The notes under the pieces were generated by a model that was not told where the DNA came from, did not search any database, and worked only from the letters and a program-made list of their open reading frames with translations. DNA of 32,000 bases from Edaphobacter aggregans (GTDB lineage Bacteria > Acidobacteriota > Terriglobia > Terriglobales > Acidobacteriaceae), in assembly GCF_003945235.1 (NCBI RefSeq), contig NZ_RSDW01000001.1, forward strand, positions 3,870,001 to 3,902,000, given 5' to 3'. This document shows, piece by piece, positions 16,836 to 25,201 of the stretch. The position numbers and the translations under genes are program-made. Position 1 is the stretch's first letter. Every line of letters begins with the position of its first letter.

Positions 16836-19800
16836 AGCGCTTCATCTCACCCGGTTGAATGTCACACAGGATCACTGGTGGCTCAGACCTCTGTTCCTGC
16901 CCCCGGACTCTGAACTTCCGTATATTGCTTCGCCGATTCTGGCCGTTGCTCACAATGAAACCTCCCTTTGGATTGGCGGTCAGTCTGGCTTTCTGGCGAC
17001 CATGGATGATCACATAGACGGACATCCCGGTCCATGGAAATGCCTGAATCCTGCATCCCGCGATGACCGGTCATGGAGTGCTGGCGGTTGTACGGTTGAG
17101 CAGTTACAGACCTCACAGTCGATTGCCACAGCCCTGAGGTCATTCTCCCCTGTGCCGAGTGTCTACGCAGCAACAGAACAATCGGCTAATGCCAACCCGG
17201 CAGGAGTTGCGAACCGGCAGAGTAATGCGCCTCCTCAACCGAATACGGCGTCGCCTGTAAAGCCAGGAGCCAGAATTCCGCCAGCACCTTCAATCTCCGA
17301 TAAAACACGAAGTGTCCTACCCCAACCCCAAACTCCTAGCAACGCGAATCTTCTCGCGCCCCCAAGTGGGAACTCTTCCGGTCTGATACAGCCTGTACCG
17401 ATCACAACGAATGCTGAGTTACTTTCCGCACTCAATATCAAGCCTCAAGAGGTTCGGACAGCAGTAGACGAGAGCAAGCAGCATCCGAATGTCCTTGCCT
17501 TAGAGTGGTTCAGCGACACTGAAGCGGCAATGCTGACTGATTCGGCGATTCTCTATCGCACCTTCGATCATGGGCTGACATGGAACCCTTATCCAATTTC
17601 CCTGATTGCGAAACCGGATCAGCTGAAACTTGTCCTCAACTCGCCTGTTAATTTAGACAATTCAGCTCTTCAGTTTGTTCTGGCGGGACAAACATTCCGC
17701 TACGACCTCGACAAGAGGGCGGTTGCTTCGTCTGGAAATACGACTTCTTGCGAAGAAACCATCAACAAAATTACGTCGGCCTACGACAAGATAGGTTTTC
17801 TCAAGCCTAGTCCGCAATGTGTCATTCGGCCGAACCCTCTGCGTGCCTGGTCGACCCTAAATCCGAAGGGGAAGAGTTCATTGTGGCTACTGACGGCGGA
17901 TAACCGGAGCGGCCAGCGGTTGGTCCGTTCCGAGCCATCTGGGCTCGGGGGCCTCTCCCTTCGACTTCCTCCCCCTTGGTATCTTTTCGTTGCTCTGCCG
18001 CTAGCCGGATTACTCCTCTATCTCGCTGCGATGAGATCCCCGGCGCAGCCTCCAACAGATGCGACGATCGCCAACCTGGCGGTCTCCGATCGTCCCCTGG
18101 AGTGGAATGATGCCGATGTGATGGACTTTCACTCGATCGCCCGTGGCCTCTCCCTGTTTCTTCGCAACAAGAACACCGGAGTACCCCTAGTTCTCGCCAT
18201 CAACGGACCGTGGGGCAGCGGAAAGAGCTCATTGATGAACCTGCTTGCCGCGAGGATGAAAGACGTCTCGAACACGATCACGTTTAATGCATGGCATCAT
18301 CAGTCCGAGGATCAACTGCTTGCGGCACTTCTCCAAGCCGTGCGGACCCAGGGCCTGCAGAGTGTCTGGTCGCCTCGAGGTGTGTGGAGGCGGCTACGAC
18401 TAATCCTTATCAAGAACAGCGAAGCGTTGCCGGCCGCCACGTTTGCGATCTTCGCATTGCTCGGCAGCGGATCAATCGTTGTCATCACCACCTGGTACTT
18501 CTTGAATCACGTCCTATCGAATCCTGCGACGTCACTTGAACTTCGTCTCCTAAGCGAGGGCAAGTACGTTTTCGCCGCGCTTGTCGCCTTTCTGGGAATT
18601 CTGAAGACCGTCAAGATTGCCGTCGGCTCGGTGATCGCGAATCCGTCATCGTTGTTGGTGTCTGGATCGGGGTCAGGATCTCTCAAGGACCTCGATGCCC
18701 AGACAACCTTCCGGCAACGCTTCGCGGGCGACTTTCGCAATCTGACTAAGTTGCTCAAGAGGCGCCGCATCGTCATCATCATCGACGACCTTGATCGCTG
18801 CCGCCCAGAGAAAATTCGAGAGGTGATGGAGGCTGTAAATTTCCTGGTGTCGTCCGGAGAATGTTTTGTAGTGCTCGGATTGGCGCGACGCAATATCGAG
18901 TACTACCTTGGCGAAAGCTTCAGGAGTCTCGTTCAGAGAATGCCAGACGATCTGCTGGGTAAGCCGGATGGTGAGGAGAAGGGAGTGGCCCAGAACGATA
19001 AATCCCTTCGATTTGCCCACTCGTACTTGGATAAATTAATTCAGATCGACGTCCCTGTGCCGTTGATAACGGGAGAACAGGCACGAGAGATGGTGGCCAG
19101 CGCCGAATCGGTTGCCACGCTGACTGAGGAAGAGCTTCGCATTCGATATCAAGTCCAGCTTCACTCAGGGAGAGTGGCGGGGACGCGAGATTTCTTGCTT
19201 TGGGCTAGGAAGTGGTCCGTGCCTATCTTGGCAAGTATTCTTCTAACGCTAACTCTGAGCAGGTCGATCATTCGGTGGGATACTGCCCTTCTCAATAGAC
19301 TCAATTCCATCCCTGCCACGAAGAGCTCTGCAGCGCCGGAGGCCGGAGTTGCCTCTGGCCCATCCCAGTCCACCCAGACTCAGTCTCCAAACCCAGGCTC
19401 TCCAATCCCGGTGGGCAGCGAGACATCGCAGGCACCACTCAATCCGGCTACACCGGCGCCGAATTCGCAACCGAATGCCGCTGGAGCGCAGAATCAGGTT
19501 AGTGGGACAGCCACCTATCGGACGGTGCCATCCATCACGACCGCACATTCTCTTCCTTGGTGGCTGACCTATCCATTCATTGGTCTTCTTCTGCTGATAT
19601 TTTTGGCAATTCTCCTCCGCCTCGCCTTCGAAGACAAAGAGACTCTAGAGATCGATGACAAGGAAAATTTCAAGCGGGCTCTGTACGAATGGGCTCCTTT
19701 CATCTATTTGAACTTCCAAAGCCCCCGAGCCCTGAAGCGGTACCTCAACAAGGTGCGGTTTATCGCAAGCCGGCAGCGGGGGCTCAATGAAGCGGACGGC

Positions 19801-20202
19801 ATCCCGAGGATCAAGAGTTTTTCCGAGTTTCTGGTGAAGCGGTGGGAGCGAATTTGGGACAAGGCCACCTATGAAGTAGTTCTTGCGAAGGCGAGTGAGA
19901 AAACTGCAGATATGCAGTCCATCGAGATCCCGGATAGAGTGCTGGTCATCCTGGTGGCCCTTGAATGCAACTCTCGCACCTGGAACCTCCTGAATCAGAA
20001 CAGCGGCTCTACCAACATGCCCGAGGCATTTTTGACAGGGATGGAAGAGGAGACTAGAGCATGGTGGCAAGCGGCACCACAAGAATCGCTGCTATCCGCC
20101 ATCAGAACGATCTGGCCAGAGTTAGTAGGCCACCTCAATGATTACCGTGAATTGACAGGCAAAGAGGCCCGTACGCCGTTGAACAGTGACTGGGGGACCT
20201 AG
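16669..20202 (+). CDS. KAP-family P-loop NTPase with large N-terminal extracytoplasmic region and intradomain TM helices
   Basis: Walker A LVLAINGPWGSGKSSLMNLL, Walker B/KAP signature IVIIIDDLDRCRPEKIREVMEAVNFL, and the late SPRALKRYLNKVRF motif. TM helices lie inside the NTPase region (ATFAIFALLGSGSIVVITTWYFL, YVFAALVAFLGILKTV), which is typical of KAP. The N-terminus has a TM (VLIALCLLLLLLTTPIALI) and an Asp-box-like TFDHGLTW. A P/S/Q-rich linker lies near 19300-19520. Confidence 0.9.
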   Translation: MESPQSSSSFPASSVDPKSPRSRFLTRKVLIALCLLLLLLTTPIALIQRYGPVPLKALHLTRLNVTQDHWWLRPLFLPPDSELPYIASPILAVAHNETSLWIGGQSGFLATMDDHIDGHPGPWKCLNPASRDDRSWSAGGCTVEQLQTSQSIATALRSFSPVPSVYAATEQSANANPAGVANRQSNAPPQPNTASPVKPGARIPPAPSISDKTRSVLPQPQTPSNANLLAPPSGNSSGLIQPVPITTNAELLSALNIKPQEVRTAVDESKQHPNVLALEWFSDTEAAMLTDSAILYRTFDHGLTWNPYPISLIAKPDQLKLVLNSPVNLDNSALQFVLAGQTFRYDLDKRAVASSGNTTSCEETINKITSAYDKIGFLKPSPQCVIRPNPLRAWSTLNPKGKSSLWLLTADNRSGQRLVRSEPSGLGGLSLRLPPPWYLFVALPLAGLLLYLAAMRSPAQPPTDATIANLAVSDRPLEWNDADVMDFHSIARGLSLFLRNKNTGVPLVLAINGPWGSGKSSLMNLLAARMKDVSNTITFNAWHHQSEDQLLAALLQAVRTQGLQSVWSPRGVWRRLRLILIKNSEALPAATFAIFALLGSGSIVVITTWYFLNHVLSNPATSLELRLLSEGKYVFAALVAFLGILKTVKIAVGSVIANPSSLLVSGSGSGSLKDLDAQTTFRQRFAGDFRNLTKLLKRRRIVIIIDDLDRCRPEKIREVMEAVNFLVSSGECFVVLGLARRNIEYYLGESFRSLVQRMPDDLLGKPDGEEKGVAQNDKSLRFAHSYLDKLIQIDVPVPLITGEQAREMVASAESVATLTEEELRIRYQVQLHSGRVAGTRDFLLWARKWSVPILASILLTLTLSRSIIRWDTALLNRLNSIPATKSSAAPEAGVASGPSQSTQTQSPNPGSPIPVGSETSQAPLNPATPAPNSQPNAAGAQNQVSGTATYRTVPSITTAHSLPWWLTYPFIGLLLLIFLAILLRLAFEDKETLEIDDKENFKRALYEWAPFIYLNFQSPRALKRYLNKVRFIASRQRGLNEADGIPRIKSFSEFLVKRWERIWDKATYEVVLAKASEKTADMQSIEIPDRVLVILVALECNSRTWNLLNQNSGSTNMPEAFLTGMEEETRAWWQAAPQESLLSAIRTIWPELVGHLNDYRELTGKEARTPLNSDWGT

Positions 20203-21063
20203 TAGGTCGGAAGGGTGATGTCCGACCGCGTCCCCAGCAGCACGAAAGTTCGGATTCAGGGGAGCTGCCCTTCATTTCGGGTTTCAAAGCGTCACTACTT
20301 CGTCGGAGCTCTCCGATTGGAAATGATGCTTTGGACTCAAGCTGCCCCGCCGATTCGGTTTCAATGCTGTGGAGGTCAACCTTATCGCGATTCCATCATC
20401 GGCAAATAAAGGAGGGGGCGTTCAGCAATTAAGTTACCCTTGTCCATGCGGGTACTTCAACGACAAGTCGCAGAAGGTTCTCACGCCGCCATTTTCAACC
20501 AGTCAGCTCGATCCAAATCAGTGACCGACTCCCTCAACGCAGTTTCTTTTCTGCTCACATTTCCTGCCCAATCGCGACTCCGGTTGTACCACTACAACTG
20601 AATGCCGGCGGTTCTCGCATTGCCCAGATTGTAGACATATATAGCGAGTGATATGGAGGAGATGTCCTGGCCGCAATGAAAATCCATGCGGAAGTTCTCA
20701 GCGCTAAATGTCCCACAAGATAGCTTCAGTGTCAGGTCAGACAGAAGACATCCACACGAGCGTCGCAAACACAATATAAAGCGCTGAGGTGGCCAACCTG
20801 ACCGCGCAGATGCGAAACAGGATGTAGTCGGCCTTCTGGGTTGGAAGGAATTCGGGATTTTGAGAAGCATCTGCTGTCGCTCTCGTAGCGAGACATATTC
20901 AAGCGAGGCTGAGTGCGGGAATTTTGTGGGAAACATGGTGCAACACTATGCGTAATACTGAGCAAAACGAGCAAATGAAAAAGCGTCCATCCGTGCGGGC
21001 AATCATGTGTAAAGTATTGAAAATGTTTAGGTTGTGAATAGAAATAGACCCTAGACAATATTG

Positions 21064-21111
21064 AATTCGTAATCAGTAGGTCAGCGGTTCAAATCCGCTC
21101 ATCGGCTCCAT
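21064..21111 (+). repeat. attL-type direct repeat = 3' 47 nt of tRNA-Thr(CGU) plus 1 nt; not an intact tRNA
   Basis: aattcgtaatcagtaggtcagcggttcaaatccgctcatcggctccat contains anticodon loop TTCGTAA (CGT), variable AGGTC, T-arm AGCGG-TTCAAAT-CCGCT, acceptor CATCGGC, discriminator T and CCA. The upstream 29 nt (tgaatagaaatagaccctagacaatattg) cannot form the 5' half. Confidence 0.85.
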
Positions 21112-21143
21112 TATTTTCAATAACTTACAGACTTTTCGTTTCC

Positions 21144-22166
21144 CTACATCACTGCCGTGTGACGCGAATTGTGACGTGACAGCATTGGTCCGTGATTCTC
21201 GTTCACAACTGTGCGTACCGTTTCGAGACTTGGATGCTGGTAGATCATCGCCGTCTGCGCGTTGGTATGACCCAAGGCGCGCATGACGAGGGACAAATTA
21301 CCGGTGGCCCCCATGACCTTCGTCGCGAACGTGTGGCGGGCACTGTAGAGGACAATTTCCTTCGATAAACCCGCCGCAGCCCTCGCCTCTTCGAAAGCCT
21401 TGGCGACCGTTGTGACGTGGCCTGTGACGGAATCAGAGGGAAAGACCCAACCCTCAGTCATACCCTTCCGCCGGATGTGGAGAGCCTTGGTGACTCTCTC
21501 ACTCATCGGAATGTATCGACGTGAAAGCTTGGTCTTGCCTCTCGGGATAAAGATCATCCCACTGTCCCAAGCAATGTCTTCCCAACGCATCTGAAAGACT
21601 TCACCTGGGCGCATTCCGGAATCGAGAATGAGTGTCAAAACATCTTGCAGCGGCTGTTTTGCCACTGCCAAAAGTTTGAACTCTGCTTCGGCATCAATCA
21701 AAGCGGAGCGCCCATATTCTTTCATTAGCTTGATTCGAGGCGCTGCCGCAATGACTCCCCACTCCGCAGCCTTCCCCAACATCCTCCGCAAAGTGCGTAG
21801 TGCTCGATTCGCATTCGCTGGCGAATGGTCGAATCGGAGCGCTTCCGCCTCGTCGGTGGTGACATGGGCAAGCCTCATGCCAGAGATAGGTGTCTTAGCG
21901 AGCATTCTCCATCCTGACCGGTAATACTCTTTCGACTCCGCTTCCAGGCGGGTACTTTCCACCCATACCAGAAAGCGTTTCGAGAACTCGGCAAGCGTTA
22001 GCGTTCTGCGCTGTACAGTTAGCTTGCGCTGCTTTGCCTCTTGCATCAACTTGGCTTCGATCATGCGGGCCTTCGAAGAAACGGTTTCCTTTGTCGTTCC
22101 GCGATAACGTCTGCCATCCATAGCGAAGTCGTAGTGCCAAACCCCGCCCCGTTTATAAAGAGCCAT
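21144..22166 (-). CDS. int: Tyrosine recombinase / phage-type integrase
   Basis: MALYKRGGVWHYDF is a typical N-terminus. Catalytic-region motifs are SGMRPGEVFQMRWEDI, SARHTFATKV and LGHTNAQTAMIYQH. Start taken at the internal ATG (22166); the longest ORF extends to 22217. Confidence 0.92.
   Translation of the reverse strand: MALYKRGGVWHYDFAMDGRRYRGTTKETVSSKARMIEAKLMQEAKQRKLTVQRRTLTLAEFSKRFLVWVESTRLEAESKEYYRSGWRMLAKTPISGMRLAHVTTDEAEALRFDHSPANANRALRTLRRMLGKAAEWGVIAAAPRIKLMKEYGRSALIDAEAEFKLLAVAKQPLQDVLTLILDSGMRPGEVFQMRWEDIAWDSGMIFIPRGKTKLSRRYIPMSERVTKALHIRRKGMTEGWVFPSDSVTGHVTTVAKAFEEARAAAGLSKEIVLYSARHTFATKVMGATGNLSLVMRALGHTNAQTAMIYQHPSLETVRTVVNENHGPMLSRHNSRHTAVM
21158..21183 (+). repeat. TGTGACG-containing motif (candidate integrase arm-type site), left copy
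   Basis: tgtgacgcgaattgtgacgtgacagc matches 30815-30839 (tgtgacgcaaattgtgacgtacagc) with 1 substitution and 1 indel, in the same orientation. It overlaps the last codons of int. Confidence 0.45.
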
Positions 22167-22365
22167 TGCGTTCCTCCATGTATGCCCGCACGGAAGGAAT
22201 GCGTCGACTGCTCTCAACGTAGACTTCTACGTCGCGAACATCATACCGGATGGAACCTTCTAGTTTGTGCCAAACAGGTCCAAGTCCAACATTGCGCCAA
22301 TATCGAAGGGTTCCCTCTGGAATCCCAAGTACGAGAGAAAGCTGTTTTGCTGTCAGTAATTTCAT
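22153..22365 (-). CDS. Excisionase-family / MerR-like HTH DNA-binding protein (Xis/AlpA-like)
   Basis: MKLLTAKQLSLVLGIPEGTLRYWRNVGLGPVWHKLEGSIRYDVRDVEVYV. Its 3' end overlaps the int start by 14 nt. Confidence 0.8.
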   Translation of the reverse strand: MKLLTAKQLSLVLGIPEGTLRYWRNVGLGPVWHKLEGSIRYDVRDVEVYVESSRRIPSVRAYMEERNGSL

Positions 22366-22390
22366 CTGCTTCGTCTCCAGTTCCGTTGAT

Positions 22391-22789
22391 TTAGGCTTTC
22401 ACAAAAGGATTAAATGCCCTGCTGATCCTGGTACAGACCTCACCGCTCCATTCTGGAAAAGAGACAGCGTTATCGACTTCGTAGGGCTCATTGGGGATGA
22501 TCAAGTCCTCTTCGCAAAAGGTCTCGATATACCCTTGTAGTCTCCGCAGATCATCAAACATCGCTTTTTGCTCGGCAGCAGGTAACCGATGTTGCGCTGC
22601 GTCCTGCATTGCCGAAAACTCTCCACACTCCAACAGGGCCGATAAACGCTCCCGGCCAGCCGCTCCTCGGATGAAGTACTGAGTCCCGCAAGATTCGCAG
22701 ACAAAATATGGTTTGTTGTTTTTGTCGGCTCGTCGGTCGAGTGAACGCCCGCAGAGCGCACAAGGTATAGTTTCGGTTTGTTGTTTCAT
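22391..22789 (-). CDS. Zinc-ribbon hypothetical protein (132 aa)
   Basis: N-terminal CALCGRSL...FVCESCGT (CxxC...CxxC). Same strand and close spacing with xis and rep. Confidence 0.6.
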   Translation of the reverse strand: MKQQTETIPCALCGRSLDRRADKNNKPYFVCESCGTQYFIRGAAGRERLSALLECGEFSAMQDAAQHRLPAAEQKAMFDDLRRLQGYIETFCEEDLIIPNEPYEVDNAVSFPEWSGEVCTRISRAFNPFVKA

Positions 22790-22842
22790 TTGTCTTCCTT
22801 TCTTCCAACGTACGTAACGTTGTGTTCGTTATGTAATAAGCG

Positions 22843-23961
22843 TTATGCAACGTTTGCGAGCACGGTGAACGCGGAGAGCGATCCCTCGATTTCGCAAAAT
22901 TTCTCATTTACAACTGCGACAAAACCAAGCCGCAGAACTTCGATGGGACCTTTCAGCAATTCCCAGATGGCGTCTTTCTTGGGCTTCTCAAACAAGCGAA
23001 TGTTCCGGGATGTTGTGACGCGACGCGAACCCTTCGGGGCCGACATCAACAGGTCTTTGCTTAAGTATTTCGATACGTATCCAACGATTCGGCGAATCGT
23101 AATCATCTTGATCCAAACGTTCCAACCACCTCCTACCGCTTGCCACTCTGCGCGGAGCCATTCAATGTCTATGAACTGATTCAGAAGCAGGTGAAAATGA
23201 GCGTTGCCGTTCTGTTGATATTCCAGGACGCGGATATAGCTCAAAGCCTTGCCGTACTTTCTATGCAAGACACTCCTCAACTTCGCGAACGTCCTGTTCA
23301 GATACTTGGTTGAGTCTTTACCGTTGAGCTTCTTGGGATCGAGCGTCAGAGTCACAAACCGATTTAGCTGCAGCTTTTCTGCCCACGCAGCAATCGCGCG
23401 TTTGCATCGCTTCGCCCGTCTCGGGCCGCAATACCGGCATTCCCAGCACTTGCAATTGAGACGGATAAACTTCTGCTGTTTGGAATCGAAAGATATGCCC
23501 CGGACCGTCCAAGCACCGCAGCCTTTTTTGCGGCCTCGCTTGCTATGGCTGTCGGTAAATTCCCCGAATTTTTCGAGTAGATCGCTCTCCAACGCACTTT
23601 CCCTGTCGCGGGAGAAGAGATGGTCTATGGACAAGTCGTCGTCTGAGGAGAATTCGTTCTCTTTGGGAGAGTCATCGGCTGTGACGATTAGTCTCTTATA
23701 GATAAAACAAGATAGAGACAACGGCACAGCGCCTTCGGCGCTGATGAGCGCTCCGCCCTCAAACTCCCGCCCATTTTTAGGCTGATAATAAGCAGCAGGG
23801 CGCAAAGGCGCGCCCGGCTGCAAACCCACGCAAGCCTCAGATGTTCGGTCTGCTGTTGCTGGAAGTGTTGGCTCTATCAGCCCCGGATCGGAATGGGTAA
23901 CCGACTCCCCGGATTTTGTAGAAGCCGCATTCCACTTGCGCGAGTTGTGATGAGTTATCAC
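22843..23961 (-). CDS. HUH-type rolling-circle replication initiator (pSAM2 RepSA-like); start uncertain
   Basis: Zn-finger-like CKCWECRYCGPRR, motif I FVTLTLDP, HUH motif NAHFHLLLN, Tyr motif VGYVSKYLSKD. The N-terminal ~110 aa of the ORF (GTG 23961) look non-coding-like and contain a hairpin and a palindrome. The true start is probably an internal TTG near 23620-23560. Confidence 0.75.
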   Translation of the reverse strand: MITHHNSRKWNAASTKSGESVTHSDPGLIEPTLPATADRTSEACVGLQPGAPLRPAAYYQPKNGREFEGGALISAEGAVPLSLSCFIYKRLIVTADDSPKENEFSSDDDLSIDHLFSRDRESALESDLLEKFGEFTDSHSKRGRKKGCGAWTVRGISFDSKQQKFIRLNCKCWECRYCGPRRAKRCKRAIAAWAEKLQLNRFVTLTLDPKKLNGKDSTKYLNRTFAKLRSVLHRKYGKALSYIRVLEYQQNGNAHFHLLLNQFIDIEWLRAEWQAVGGGWNVWIKMITIRRIVGYVSKYLSKDLLMSAPKGSRRVTTSRNIRLFEKPKKDAIWELLKGPIEVLRLGFVAVVNEKFCEIEGSLSAFTVLANVA

Positions 23962-23966
23962 AACTC
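23942..23966. promoter_or_regulatory. 25-bp near-perfect palindrome GAGTTGTGATGAGTTATCACAACTC upstream of rep (candidate origin or operator)
   Basis: The 10-bp arms are perfectly complementary (gagttgtgat / atcacaactc). It sits in the gap between orf85 and the conserved Rep region. Confidence 0.5.
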
Positions 23967-24060
23967 AAGTAAATCAATTCCTGCCAATTACCAAAACGAC
24001 AGCCCAAGTATTTGTTTGAAAGATTTTGTAACGTCCCAACGTTACAGAGCGAGGAACAAA

Positions 24061-24318
24061 TTAGGTTTTGTTGTTATGTGCGTCTGCGATCATCGTTACG
24101 ATGTCCCACAGGGGGCCCAGTGGAAGGCTAATCTCAGAGAAATTCCGGTTTCTCCATACTCGGTGTGCGCCCTCATCTAATCCAATTCCGGTTGCTGCGC
24201 TGATGAGAGCCGCGACTTCACGGTCATGCCATTCACCCGTAGCCCTCTTGACGTAAGCGGTAGGTAGATGACGTTCTACATCACGAACATTCCGAACGTT
24301 GATGAGTTCCATGATCAT
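24061..24318 (-). CDS. Hypothetical protein (85 aa)
   Basis: 4-nt ATGA-type overlap with the upstream ORF (24315-24318) suggests translational coupling. Confidence 0.5.
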   Translation of the reverse strand: MIMELINVRNVRDVERHLPTAYVKRATGEWHDREVAALISAATGIGLDEGAHRVWRNRNFSEISLPLGPLWDIVTMIADAHNNKT

Positions 24319-24866
24319 GGAAAGAAGTTTGAGAAAGACTGATACGTGCGGAGGTAGGCGGCCATCTGGCGAGGACCAGGAGTGGATCCAAACGCGAGTT
24401 CTGTTGGGGATGTGGAAGGGATCTTCGCAGCGAAGCCATCAAAGATTGTCGCCGTGGCTTCGAGTTGCGCCGCGAGTTGGGTAAGTCGCTTTGGATCACC
24501 CAAAAACTCATAATAAGCGGCCGGAAGTCGGGCAAGAAAAACCCCACATTTCAAGGTCGCAGCCAACGGAGCCTTCTTGCACCCGGCCCGCAGAAGTTCG
24601 AGCATTTCGAACTCAGCTCCCAATTCCGCGAGATGCTTCAGGTAGCCGTCCGCCCAAGTCACTAGCCCGACAGAAAATCCGTTACCAGCGCACGTGAAGA
24701 TAGCCAGAACTGCGTCGAGGTCTTTCTGGAACGATAGTTCGAGCGGAGTAGTCATGAGAGTACAGAATAATTCACAGTTCGGGAGGACTCGTCGACGTTT
24801 CATTTGTGCGTTTGCCCAATGACGCGTCTTTGGGCACTGATGCACTGTGAACTGGTAGTCGGTCAA
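24315..24866 (-). CDS. Hypothetical protein (183 aa)
   Basis: Longest ORF in this interval, on the same strand as the element backbone. No recognised motif. Confidence 0.55.
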   Translation of the reverse strand: MTDYQFTVHQCPKTRHWANAQMKRRRVLPNCELFCTLMTTPLELSFQKDLDAVLAIFTCAGNGFSVGLVTWADGYLKHLAELGAEFEMLELLRAGCKKAPLAATLKCGVFLARLPAAYYEFLGDPKRLTQLAAQLEATATIFDGFAAKIPSTSPTELAFGSTPGPRQMAAYLRTYQSFSNFFP

Positions 24867-24903
24867 GAGACGACATTACGAGGGCAAGCAGAGCAACACC
24901 CCG

Positions 24904-25152
24904 CTAAGCATCGTAGCGATCAGTAGCGTCGAGGCCTTCCCTGAATCCCATTTTGCGGGTGACGGTGCCTGGATATTGTGGGCGAATCCCGCGCAAGAAC
25001 GCATCAGTGGCGAGGTCCTCCTGCAGACAGGAGACATCTTTGTTGGTCAGGCCGAGGGCCTCCCCAACTACACTGTCCAAATTTTCAATGGCAGTTCGCA
25101 TCGCTTCCTCAAGACTAGACTCGTGATGATTCTCAACACACACAGTTGCCAT
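24904..25152 (-). CDS. Hypothetical acidic protein (82 aa)
   Basis: ATG start, same strand, 37-nt gap to the next gene. No recognised motif. Confidence 0.45.
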   Translation of the reverse strand: MATVCVENHHESSLEEAMRTAIENLDSVVGEALGLTNKDVSCLQEDLATDAFLRGIRPQYPGTVTRKMGFREGLDATDRYDA

Positions 25153-25201
25153 GCAGCGATCTCTTTACCGGAGCATGCAATCTTCGACGTGGGTTTGCTG
25201 T

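Noticed and set aside
20205-20227. Hairpin GGTCGGA-N9-TCCGACC right after the KAP stop as an intrinsic terminator
   Set aside because: The 7-bp stem is real, but it is followed by gcgtcccc with no U-tract, so it is not a canonical Rho-independent terminator.
20592-21058. Minus-strand ORFs of 114 aa and 108 aa next to attL
   Set aside because: They overlap each other in different frames, have Cys/Arg/Ser-rich composition, and show no RBS or motif. They are treated as non-coding or eroded DNA.
21035-21110. Intact tRNA-Thr gene at either att repeat (also 30937-31012)
   Set aside because: The 76-nt windows ending at each CCA were checked. No GCCGATG acceptor 5' strand and no ACTGA anticodon-stem 5' strand is present. 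Only the 3' ~47 nt are tRNA-like.
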